Origin: Isurus oxyrinchus
Taxonomy: Eukaryota
Direction: 5' to 3'
Assembly: GCA_026770705.1 (NCBI GenBank)
Contig: JANJGN010000007.1
Coordinates: 109,244,001-109,308,000, forward strand
Length of the DNA: 64,000 nt
In this document: positions 11,521 to 21,940 of the stretch, one piece after another
How positions within the stretch are numbered: position 1 is the first letter of the stretch
Layout: every line of letters starts with the position of its first letter
Notes under the pieces: model-generated
The model's database searches: none
What the model was told of the DNA's origin: nothing
Seen by the model: only the letters and a program-made list of their open reading frames with translations
Program-made: the position numbers and the translations under genes

Positions 11521-13043
11521 GTTTTTCTTTGCGTCCCGCTATCTCGCCACACACACACACACACAAACACACTCCCTCTCTCTCTCCCCATGGCCTCTTT
11601 TTTCTCTGTTTTTCACTTCGTTTGATATTTCCTTGAAGGTGCGAGGCCATGATGAAATAAGCTCCTCATGATTGCAGTTTCAGTTAGCGACTGTACCGAC
11701 AAGGAAAGTGTTATGGCTGTTTCTCCCTCTCCCTATAGAAATGCATATCTGTCTTTCATTCAATGCTTCTCAAATGTTTTGGATAATATTTAAATTTCAG
11801 TCAAAAGCAGAGGAGACGTTCTATGAGTAATTACAGCTCCATTTTGAAACAAAATACTGAATTTAACACGTATTAACAGATTTGGTTAGCTCAATGTATT
11901 GACTGACGTGTATAGAACACAGAAAAGGTCAACAAATGTCTAAATGGTGCATTGTAATGTTCTCCCTTATTGTCTTCCTCACTGAGAAATGAACACATTG
12001 CCTAAGCATAATTGTACAGAATAAACGATACCTGAATCAAATTTTGATATTTGACTTTTAGAGTTCCTTTCAAATAACTGTGATAAATGATTGATAAAAA
12101 TACTGCTCTAGATTAATAAAGCATATTCCACCAGTTCTGTAAACTGAATGGTATTGATGAATCCGAGGAAATTGTATTCACTGCACATCTTCTGAATCTG
12201 TTTCAGAGAACAGCATTACAGCTCTGCACAAAAACGTCAAGCGCAAGCTTGTTTTTTGGAATAGTTTGAGGCCATTAAGTAAAAATTTAATAAGTATATT
12301 AAATGACACAAAACTGAATTCAACGGCTAAATGTAATAATCATATGAAATGTATATTATTATTTTTACGTATGCAAAACCAGTTTGTTTTTAAAATTCGC
12401 ATGTTCTTATGACCGGGCCCCACTAGTCTGAATCAACACTTAAGCAATATTCCGAATTTATTCCACCTATACCAAACATTTCCCTTCTCTCCAAACATAC
12501 AGCTTTTGCTGTTCTACTATTTCCTTAATACGTGGATTCACCCAGTCCAGCGCAAATGTCTACTTATTTTTGGTTGAATGTTGACCACAATTGTGCAGCA
12601 CAGCTCAAAGAAGGTCTAGCCAAATCATTATGAAGCTTCGAAACAATCTCTGTATATTTACAGAGATAATGGTCTGGCTATATTCGGTCTATCAATAGTT
12701 CTCCCTCATTGTCTAGACAATGAAAGAGATAACTCTACTGTCAAGTTCCACGTCCTTTTTTCCGAGCATTCCTGCGTGTATTTCATTTGTCATCCAATGT
12801 ATTATCCATTTTCATACAGTATTCAACATTTTACATTTTCAGTAGTACAGATGCTTGTTATTTGTCTTTCATAAGATATAACTGTTGTTATAAATCATCA
12901 ACAACACCTCTGTTCCTACTCTACCTATCACGGTTGTATTACTTAGAAACATTTCGGAATTTTGTGCAACAAAAATACTAGTTTGCAAATATAAGATAAC
13001 CAGATAAATGTTTTGCTCTATTTGTGATAGTTTTGGCATTTGC

Positions 13044-13346
13044 CTGCTGTGAAAAGTAAGGCTGGCGATGGCTGGGACCAGACCCAAGGGACGTGAGATA
13101 CCGGGCAGTTATAAACTGTCCCAATCTAGGCAGGTAGGTTCTCCAGCAAATTGCTGGAGACTTCATGAATTCCATCGCAGCTCTTTTGTTTAATGGTACG
13201 CGTGGCGATCAGAATGTTATCATTCTTATACTAAGACAAAGAAGTTTTCTCCGAATAAAATTCAACCGTTTTACACACGAGCAATAGAGACGTAGGCGAT
13301 CCAGCTTCAGGTGTTGAGGAGAACATCTTTAACGGAGTTGGGGGTG
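13044..13346 (-). pseudogene. C1-set Ig constant-domain exon, inactivated
   Basis: ccatcag acceptor, phase 1. PPTPLKMFSSTPEAGSPTSLLLVCKTVEFYSEKTSLS*YKNDNILIATRTIKQKSCDGIHEVSSNLLENLPA*IGTVYNCPVSHV matches the C1 pattern LxCxxxxFY..WxK..DG..S.L..YxCxVxH. Stops at 13231-13233 (conserved Trp position) and 13126-13128; probable frameshift near the 3' end; donor uncertain. Confidence 0.85.
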
Positions 13347-13861
13347 CTGATGGAGATATTTAACGTAACATTATCTCCGAACATTCGATTGCGTTCTGTG
13401 CGAAAATACATCTTCAAGTTAGCTTTGAACATAATTGATTGGAAATACTTTAATTTGTCTTCTTAGTATTGTGTTTTATAAATTAATACCTTTCAAACCT
13501 TTCCTTTATGTAGTCCATTATTAAACATCGAAACACATACGTCTCTTACATATATGCATTAAGTACTTGAAAAAAAATGGATGTCTAAAAACACGGCGAG
13601 TGTCTGACGCAACCAGTACCTCACAGCAAGAACATACATCTTTTTTATCGCCGAGAGCAGGAAACCATTCATATTCCAGGTCATAGTCCCCCTGTTCTTC
13701 TATAGGGGTTTCTGTCTTCGATTGTTGCATTATCGAGGTATTCATCAAAAATAAACTTTTCCGGATGTTGACGCTGTCATAAATTTTGCGAGAGGTGGAA
13801 AAAAGTATGCTTAGCATTCTCACCGTTTTACAAAATCTACAAATTTCATTTAGACAAAGCT

Positions 13862-14722
13862 TAAAATCTTAGAGTACAGAAAGAGTTATATGAATATACG
13901 TATGAAGGTGGGAACAGGGAGGAGTAGACCATACAGCCCCTCGAACCTGCTCCGCTATTTAATAAGATCATGGGTGATCTAATAGTAACCTCAAATCTGC
14001 GTCCTACCTAACCCCGTTAACCTATCACTTCCTTGCTTACCAGAAACCTATCCACCTCTGTCTTAAAAATATTCAAAGATTCCAACAACTTTTCAGGAAG
14101 AGAGTTCCAAAGACTCACCACGCTCTGAATGAAAAATAAATCGCATCATTTCTACTTTAAATGAGCGACCCCTTATTTTTAATCACTGGTCCCTAGCTCT
14201 AGATTCTCCAACAAGAGGAAATATTCTCCCCACACCCACCCTGTCAAGACCCCTCAAGATCATATATATTTCATTCAAGTTGCCTCTTACTCTTCTGAAC
14301 CACAGCGTATACAAGCCCAGTCTGTCCCACCTTCCTCATTAGACAACCATGCAATTTCAGATATTAGTCTGGTAAACCTTCCAATGCATTTACACACTTC
14401 CTTAAATTAGGTGACCAATACTGTGCACAATATTCCAAATGTGGCCTCACTAGTGCCCTGTGCAACTGAAACATAACCTCCCTACTTTTGTATTCAATTC
14501 CCATCGCAATAAATTATAACATTCTTTTAGCTTTCCTAGTTACTTGCTGTACTTGCTTACTAGCCTTTTGTGATTTATTCATGGGTTGTTTTGTCCTCTC
14601 GTGTCCGTCAGTTTGCAAGAACTACCCAATTAATCCCGTTCTCCTGCTCTTTCCGCACAGCCCTGAGTTTTTGTCTCCCTTGATAATCGTATTTCCAATT
14701 CCCTTTGTAAGTTATTATTGAA
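13862..14722 (-). mobile_element. Two nested CR1 3' fragments in the V-C1 intron
   Basis: Typical CR1 3' region at 13890-14582 interrupts an older CR1 tail fragment. Confidence 0.7.
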
Positions 14723-15507
14723 GAAGGGTTATTCTGCGGATAAGAGCGCGTGATATTTGCTGGTATTGAACATTGAACTAATAACGTGGCACTGTGATCC
14801 GTCGTATCGAGATGATACATTCCCTGAACTGTGATAATGTATTCGCTTTCATAATCCTGGAGAAGGACCGTGGAGCCTAACATATCTAAAACATCTTTAA
14901 AGAAAAAGTGAGATGTTGACAAGGAATATTAGCAGTTAAGTTGATTCCAAAGCGGAATGGCTTCAAATAATTCCAGTCGTGTTAATTCCCAATCGTAAAT
15001 AATTTGCAAGCAGCAACTCTCTGTGATTCACCATATCTGCTGCATGAAATATTCTCCACGGACGTTGGCGTTAGTCCAATAAGGTCAGGCATCGACCTTG
15101 ATCAAATTCATGAAATATAACTTACGCTTCAATATCTCTCATCGCATTTTTACGCTGCAGCCTAATCTCTTCAATAAAGCGACGGTTAGGGATTGTTCAA
15201 ATAGTTTAAAATACTACAAACCTTTTAAAAAGCCATAATTTACCCAAGATTCGCAGTAATGCAAGATATTGAAGATCTAAAATGTTCTTTGTTTTCCAAA
15301 CATATTTGCAATGATTTCCAAAATTATCCCATTTAAAATTTCCTTTTATATAATGAAGTGTAAATCAGCCTCATTTCACTTTCGCTCTCCGCTACAATTA
15401 CAATGTCTGACCCATAACCGTTGTCACTCCTCATCCTGCATTGATGCGATACAACGTGTTCTGAGGCAGTCCCATTTCAATCATCTCCTCCCTACAGTCG
15501 TACTTAC

Positions 15508-15825
15508 CATGCCCAATGAGTCGGGATCTGGTCCCGTTTCCAATCACTTTGTTATGAATTGCCGCCTTGCAGAAATAAATACCAGCATCATCCACACTTA
15601 CATCGACGAGCTGGAAAGAGGCGTTCCCCTCTTTTATGCGAAACTATTTACTCCCGTTTGATCCTCGTCCCAGTATTGGGCTGTCGCCACTTTTCCACCA
15701 GTAAAGGTTCACTCCCGGGATGTTTTTGAAGAGATGAAAAGTGCAATAGAAAGTAACGGCTTAGCCTTTGATGGAGGTCACAGGTTCAGGTATTTGTTGC
15801 ACTTGAACAGATGCCTCTGTTGCAG
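15508..15825 (-). pseudogene. Single-exon germline-joined VJ-type Ig variable domain, inactivated
   Basis: cttccag acceptor, G|GTAAGT donor, 318 nt, phase 1-1. ATEASVQVQQIPEPVTSIKG*AVTFYCTFHLFKNIPGVNLYWWKSGDSPILGRGSNGSK*FRIKEGNASFQLVDVSVDDAGIYFCKAAIHNKVIGNGTRSRLIGH shows B-strand Cys, Trp, DxGxYxC and J-like GNGT. Stops at 15761-15763 and 15644-15646. Confidence 0.92.
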
Positions 15826-15971
15826 CTGGAAGTCAATTAATACAAACAGCAGTTACTCAACGCACATGAGTGAGGAATAACGTTGGGGGTGGGGGGGGGG
15901 GGTGGGTGCGGATATTAGCTATACATACATAAATAACACAGTTAAATCGTTTCAGTCAAATACAGTCTTAC

Positions 15972-16053
15972 TGCACACGTTCAAACATCTACATGCTGTT
16001 TTTATATATTAGTAATAAGCGGAGAAGAATATCAAATAGTAACAAAGCTGCAT
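15972..16053 (-). pseudogene. Candidate leader (signal peptide) exon MQLCYYLIFFSAYY*YIKTACRCLNVC
   Basis: ATG at 16053; GTAAGA donor in phase 1 matching the V exon; 146-nt intron; one internal stop. Confidence 0.55.
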
Positions 16054-16276
16054 CGATAACCAACAAAGTGGTAATGCACGGAAGCACAGAGTTTCCAAAC
16101 ATAGTCGTAAGTAAAAATCAAATTAATCATTTCACATTAATAAATGTGTGTGGCGATCCCAGTGACGGGCATGGACTTGCAGTTTAATTCATGAATTATG
16201 GTGACGTGTGATACACAGTGTCTGATACTCTTTCGAGCACAAACCCGTTTCCATCTGTTTCAGATGAAGTTACATT

Positions 16277-16716
16277 GTTTCATAGTTTGCCATTGCGAGA
16301 TTTGAACTCTCGATCTTGGGGTTACAAACCCAGTACTATAACCACTTGGCTATTTAGGCCAAGCAAAATTAATCGTTTCATAGTTTGCCATTGTGAGATT
16401 TGAACTCTGGATCTTGGGGTTACAAACCCAGTACCATAACCACTTCAAAAACAGAATTACCTGGAAAAACTCAGCAGGTCTGGCAGCATCGGCGGAGAAG
16501 AAAAGAGTTGACGTTTCGAGTCTTCATGACCCTTCGACAGAACTTGATTCAAGTTCTGTCGAAGGGTCATGAAGACTCGAAACGTCAACTCTTTTCTTCT
16601 CCGCCGATGCTGCCAGACCTGCTGAGTTTTTCCAGGTAATTCTGTTTTTGTTTTGGATTTCCAGCATCCGCAGTTCTCTTTGTTTTTATCACCATAACCA
16701 CTTGGCTATTTAGGCC
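16277..16716 (-). repeat. Two tandem tRNA-Thr(TGT)-like units (98-bp period); the second is split by a Penelope insertion
   Basis: Minus strand GGCCTAAATAGCCAAGTGGTTATAGTACTGGGTTTGTAACCCCAAGATCGAGAGTTCAAATCTCGC has A box, B box and a TGT anticodon loop. Confidence 0.7.
16446..16690. mobile_element. Palindromic (inverted) Penelope pLTR insertion with 13-bp TSD
   Basis: Perfect 102-bp arms at 16446-16547 and 16549-16650; TSD accataaccactt at 16433-16445 and 16691-16703. Confidence 0.93.
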
Positions 16717-16732
16717 CACCAAAACGGTGGCC

Positions 16733-16823
16733 GGGCTCGTCCGGGAACTGAACCCGGGACCTCTCGCATTTATAACTCGATCACAGACCCTAAGCGAGAA
16801 TTATACCTCTAGACCAACGTTGC
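16733..16823 (-). tRNA. tRNA-Pro(AGG) pseudogene with 19-nt intron-like insertion (16769-16787) between positions 37 and 38
   Basis: Body matches vertebrate tRNA-Pro (..CGTTGGTCTAGaGGTATaATTCTCGCTTAGGG|TGCGAGAGGTCCCGGGTTCAgtTCCCGGACGAGCCC); 3 acceptor-stem mismatches; TTTT terminator at 16721-16724. Confidence 0.85.
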
Positions 16824-17061
16824 GGGTCAATGAGCAGTACATTTATGAGCACGGATCCATGGCGGCCGCTCAGTGACTAAACGTCAATGGAGCTACTTGT
16901 CGCTCATGAGCTATAAGCGGAAAGGGGGAAATTTATTTGAATCCAACTCAAAGTGTCGGATCCTAAAATGTGCTCCAGCGATTGAATAATGAAGGTTTGT
17001 GGTCAAACTTAGTGGGGGAAGGCTGGTGTTGTTCAAAAGAACAGATTAGTCTAATTTAAAT

Positions 17062-18490
17062 ATACGAACATACGAAATAAAAGCAGAAGTAGGCCATGCG
17101 GCCGCTCGAGACTGCTCCGCCATTTAATAAGACCATGGCTGATCTGTTAGTGTTTCGAGTTCCATATTCCCATCTAACCCTGACAACCTCTGATTCACCT
17201 TGCCTAACAAGTATCTACCTACCTCTGCCTTAAAAATATTCAATTACCCCACCTCCACTGTCATCTGAGGCAGAGAATTCCAAAGTCGCTCCTCCCTTTC
17301 AGAGAAAAGAATCCCCTCATCTCAGCCCAATAAGGGCGACCACTAATTTTAAAACTGTGGTCCCTGGTTCTGGTCCCACCTAAAAGAGAAAGAATCCCTT
17401 CCACATCCAAGACAATTCAGGATCTTGTATACTTCAATCAAATCACACTCATGCTTCTAAACTCCAGTGGAAACAAGCCCAACCTGTCCAACCTATCATC
17501 ATAGGACAAGTTGCTCATTCCAGGTATCAATCTAGTAAACCTCCTCTGAACTGCCTCCAATATATGTATATTCTTCCTTAAATATGGAGACAAAAGCTGC
17601 ATAGGGTTTTTAAGATGCGGTCTCATCAGTATCCTGTATAACCAAAGCATAACATCCTTACTATTATGTTCAATTCCTCTTGTAATCATGGATTGCATTC
17701 CATTAGTCTTCCTGAGCACATACTGTACCTGCATATTTACTTTTTGTGACTCATGCACTAGAGGACCTAGATCCCTCTGCGCCTCCGAATTCTGCAGTCA
17801 CTGTCCATTTAAGTAATGATCTGCTTTTATATTCTTCCTGCCAAAGTGAACAAGTTTACATTTTCCCATGGTGTACTCCATCTGCCAGATTTTTGCCAAC
17901 TCACTCAACTTATCTATATCTGCTTGTAAACTGTTTATGTCTTCTTAACAATATACTTTCCTACCTATCTTTGTGTCATCTGCAAATTTAGCTACCATGC
18001 CTTCACTCCACTCATCTAAGTTATTGATGTAAATTGTAAGAGTTGAGGCCCCAGCACAGACACCTTCACCACTCCACTCATCACACCGTGCCCATGAGCC
18101 AAAGAGCCATTTATGCATGCTCTCTGTTTTCTGACAACCAGCCAATCTTCTATGCAGAGTAATATGCTACACCCTCCACAAAGAGCTTTTATTTTCCACC
18201 ATAATCTTTCATGTGGCTCCTTATCAAATGCTTTCTGGAAATCTAAGAACAGGCTCCCCTCAATCAACTCACACTCCTTCAAATAACTATAACAAATTGG
18301 TCAAACACGATTTCCTTTTCATAAAACCATGCTGACTCTTCCCAATTACATTGAGCTTTTCTAAGTGCCTAGCTATATTCTTTTTAATAATCCATCCCAA
18401 CACCTTCCCCATGACAGGCATCAAATTAACTGACCTATGGTTTCCTGTTTCCTGCCTCACAGCATTCTTGAATAGAGGAGTTACATTTGA
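17062..18490 (-). mobile_element. CR1 LINE, RT through 3' end, decayed
   Basis: LDFQKAFDK, SVLGPQL, KFADDTKIG, LEAVQRRFTRLIPGM in listed ORFs. Confidence 0.92.
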
Positions 18491-18594
18491 ATATATGGGT
18501 TATATGGAAATGGAGATACTAAATAATCCAAGCTTTAGTAGTGCCAGAGCAATCTTTTGGCTGATCTATTATATCATTATATTGTAACCCATCA

Positions 18595-18745
18595 TGTGGC
18601 GGTGTTAGCATAATGGCAACATTGGTGGATTTAATAATTCATACAGCCAGGCTACTGCTCAGGGAACAAGGATTCAAATTCTACCATCGCAGCTGACAGG
18701 ATTTAAATTCAATTAATAAATGCGCAGTTGAAAGCTAGTCCCAGT
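18595..18745 (+). mobile_element. tRNA-derived SINE head
   Basis: A-box-like tagcataatgg and B-box-like ggattcaaattc. Confidence 0.5.
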
Positions 18746-18759
18746 AGAATTTTTAAATG

Positions 18760-19805
18760 TTTTCATGGGATGTGGGCATTGCTAGCTAGGCCAACAGTTA
18801 TTGCCCATCCATAATTGCCCTTCAAAAGGTGGTGGTGAGCTGCCTTCTTGAACTCCTGCAGTTCATATGGCGTAGGTACATCCACAGGAAGGGAGTTCCA
18901 GGATTCTAACCCAGTGGCAGTGAAAGAATGGTGATATTGTCCCAAGTCAAGATGATGTATAGCTTGGAGGAAAGCTTGCAGGTGGTGGTATTCCCATGCA
19001 GTTGCTGCTCTAATCCTTCTAGGTGGGAGAGCACGTGGGTTTGGAATGTGCTGTCAAAGGAGCCTTTGTCAATTGTTGCAGTGATTATTCTAGATGGAAC
19101 ATACTGCTGCTACTGTGTGCCTGTGCTGGAGGGAGTGAATGTTGAAGATGGTGGATGCAGTGCTAATAAAGCGGGCTGCTTTGTCCTGGATGGTGTCAAG
19201 GTTCTTGAATTTTGCTGCTGCTGCACTCATCCAGGCAAGTGGATATTCTTCCATCCACTCCAGACTTGTGCCTTGTAGATGGTGGAGAGGCTTTGGGAAG
19301 TCAGGAGGTGAGCTATTCATCGCAGTATTCCAAGCCTCTGACCTGCCCTTGTAGCTACAGTATTTATATGACTAGTCCAGTTCAGATCCTCGTCAATTGT
19401 AAACCCCAGAATTTCGATAGTGCGGGATTCAGCAATGGCAACAAAATTGAATGTCATGGGGAGATGGTTGGATTTTCGCTTGTGAAGATGGTCATTGCCT
19501 GACACTTGTGTGTCAGGATCTTACTTGCCACTTATCAGTCCAAGCCTGACTGTTGTCCAGGTCCTGATGTTGATGTATATGGTCATACCCGATAATAGTG
19601 ATGACCGAGTCTGAGACCGTGGCTTTAACACACTGCTTCAATAAGTGAGGAAGCACGAATAGTGCTGAACATTGTGCAATCATCAGCAAACATCCCCACT
19701 ACTGACCTTATGATGGAAAGAAGATCATCGATGAAAAAGATGATGATGGCTGGGCCTAGGACACTACCATGAGGAGCTCCTGCAATGATGTCCTGGGACG
19801 TGGAT
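18760..19805 (-). mobile_element. Second CR1-group LINE family, RT to 3' end
   Basis: GAPHGSVLGP, MFADDCT, ILGFTIDEDLNWTSHI. Confidence 0.88.
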
Positions 19806-21940
19806 GATTGTGGTAAACACCCATCTAGTTCACCAATGCCCTTCAAGAAATTAATTCTGCCACTGTGGGCTCCTCCGGCCTACATATGACTCCAGACAGA
19901 GAGCAACACAGTTGACTTTTTACTGTCCCTTGAAATAGCCTAGAAAGCCAAGCAGTTGTACCAAGACTGCTGCAGTCAAAAAGGGATAAAGCCAGGTTGA
20001 CTACCCTGCATCGGGCTAGGCACAGTGAATGACAATCACATGCTTTTCCCAGTTGATCCTGAAAAGTGCTTCTTACTAACACGTGGATGCTTGCACCAAA
20101 ATTGGGAGAGCTGTCCCACAGGCTAGTCAAGCAACAGCTTGACGAATTCATATTGCCAAAATCATATCTTAAAGCCAAGGTCCCAGACTCAGCTAACACT
20201 CTTCCTGTTTATGATTCATCCTACCAGCAGGAAAGGCACACCAGAAGTGGTGGCACGATTTTCTACAGTTAGGAGGGAATTGCGATGGGAGTACTCAACA
20301 TTGAGGAGTGGAAGTCATTATGACTGGGAGGAATTGCTACCAAAGTTTCAGAACAGCAACAACTTGTCCATGAAGCGAGATTACACTTTGAATTCCAACG
20401 TCTTAACAACAAGGCTGTGCAATAGCAGAGAAGGAAAGAAAATGAAGGAAATCCTGCACTCTGGATCTCACCACCTCATGGGACGTCATTCCCCATGTTA
20501 CCAAACATGTGTGGGTTGAGAATTGGATTGTTCAGTCACATGAAGGCCAATGTCATAAAATCGGACCCTGAGTTAACATCACCCTCAAATCAAGGAAGGG
20601 TCAATGACGAAAACAGTTCAATATTTACTCTGGGTTACATGAAATCTTATGTCATACAGTCAAACATGATGCAATGAAGCCTCCTGCTGATTGCATTCTA
20701 TGCACCCACCCCCTGCACCTCCACCCCCCCCCCCCCCCACCCCTCCACCCCACCACCCTTAGCAGATGAATCAGTACTGCTTCGTATTGAACACCACTTA
20801 GAAGAAGCACTGCCAATAGCACGAGTACAAAATGTACTCGGCGTGGGGGAATTCAAAGCCCATCATCAAGTCATCAAGTGTGGACGTATTCTGAAGGACA
20901 TATGTGCCAGATTGGGCCTGCAGCAGGTGACGAGGGAACCAAAAAAAGAAAAGAAAATCCTACTTGGCCTTACCCTCACCAAGCTACCAATTGCAAAAGA
21001 ATCTTTCATTGACAGTATTAGTTGGAGTGGGAAGGCATAGTTCATCTGGGCCCTTCTTCACACTGACCCTACCATCCATTGTGTTCTATGGCATAACCAC
21101 CATTCTAAATGGGATAGATTCAGAACATGACCACCAATTCAAAACTCGGTATCCAGCAGATGCTGCGGCATCAGAAGCAGCAAAATCATATTCACTCAAC
21201 ATGTCTCACCTCATGACCTGGCATGTCCCTGACTCTACCGTTAGGACAAAATCCATAGAATCAGCCCTACTTTAATGAGGGGTGCAGAAGAACATGCCAG
21301 GAGCAGCAGCCAGAATACCAGAAATTGAGGTGCCAACTTGATGATGCTACAGCACATGTCGGCATGCATCCTAAATAGTGGAGCTGCATGTGATAGACAG
21401 AGCTAAGTAACCTGACGACTAATGGAACAGGTCAAATATCTGTGGAGCTGTCTCATCCAGTTGTGAATGATGGTGAATAATTAAACAACTAAATGGAGGC
21501 GGAGACTCCATAAATATCACCATCCTCAATGATGGGGGATCTCAGTGCATCAGAACCAGAGACAAATCTGAAATTTTCACCATTTTCTGCCATGTGCCGA
21601 GTGTAATATGTATCTCAGCCTGCTCCCGAGATTACCACTATCATAGATGCTAGTCCTCAACCAATTTCATTCAACCCACATGATATTAACAAATGGCTGA
21701 AGGCGGTGGGTAGAACAAAGGCTATGGTAACATTCCAGTAGTAGTGTTGAAAGCCTATGCTCCAATATTGGCTGCTCCCCGAGCCAAGCTGTTCCAATAC
21801 GGGTACAATAACGGCATGTTCCAGAATTGGAAAATTTCCCAGTATGCCCGGTCAAGAGAAAACAGGATAAATCCAAACTGACCGAGCATTGGCCCATCAG
21901 TCCACCCTCAATCTTCAGTGAGTTGTTGGAAGGTGTGATA

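Noticed and set aside
13521-13823. 100-aa minus ORF as an extra Ig domain
   Set aside because: Lacks convincing Cys/Trp spacing and consistent splice sites.
14608-14922. 104-aa minus ORF as an exon
   Set aside because: Its 3' third runs into CR1 sequence; no recognisable domain or donor.
15311-15661. 116-aa plus ORF
   Set aside because: Antisense shadow of the V exon.
15883-15910. G-run in the leader intron (also C/G runs near 20710-20760 and 30640-30660) as a functional G-quadruplex
   Set aside because: Simple homopolymer tracts; no evidence of function.
14790-16220. CACAGTG heptamers near the V exon (14790-14796 on -, 16214-16220 on +) as RSS
   Set aside because: No ACAAAAACC-like nonamer at 12 or 23 nt spacing, and neither abuts the coding end.
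4598-16690. Recurring near-identical ~100-150-bp repeat as a CRISPR-like or novel repeat array
   Set aside because: Dispersed, in both orientations, and matching the 3' terminus of the Penelope-like element; eukaryotic context.
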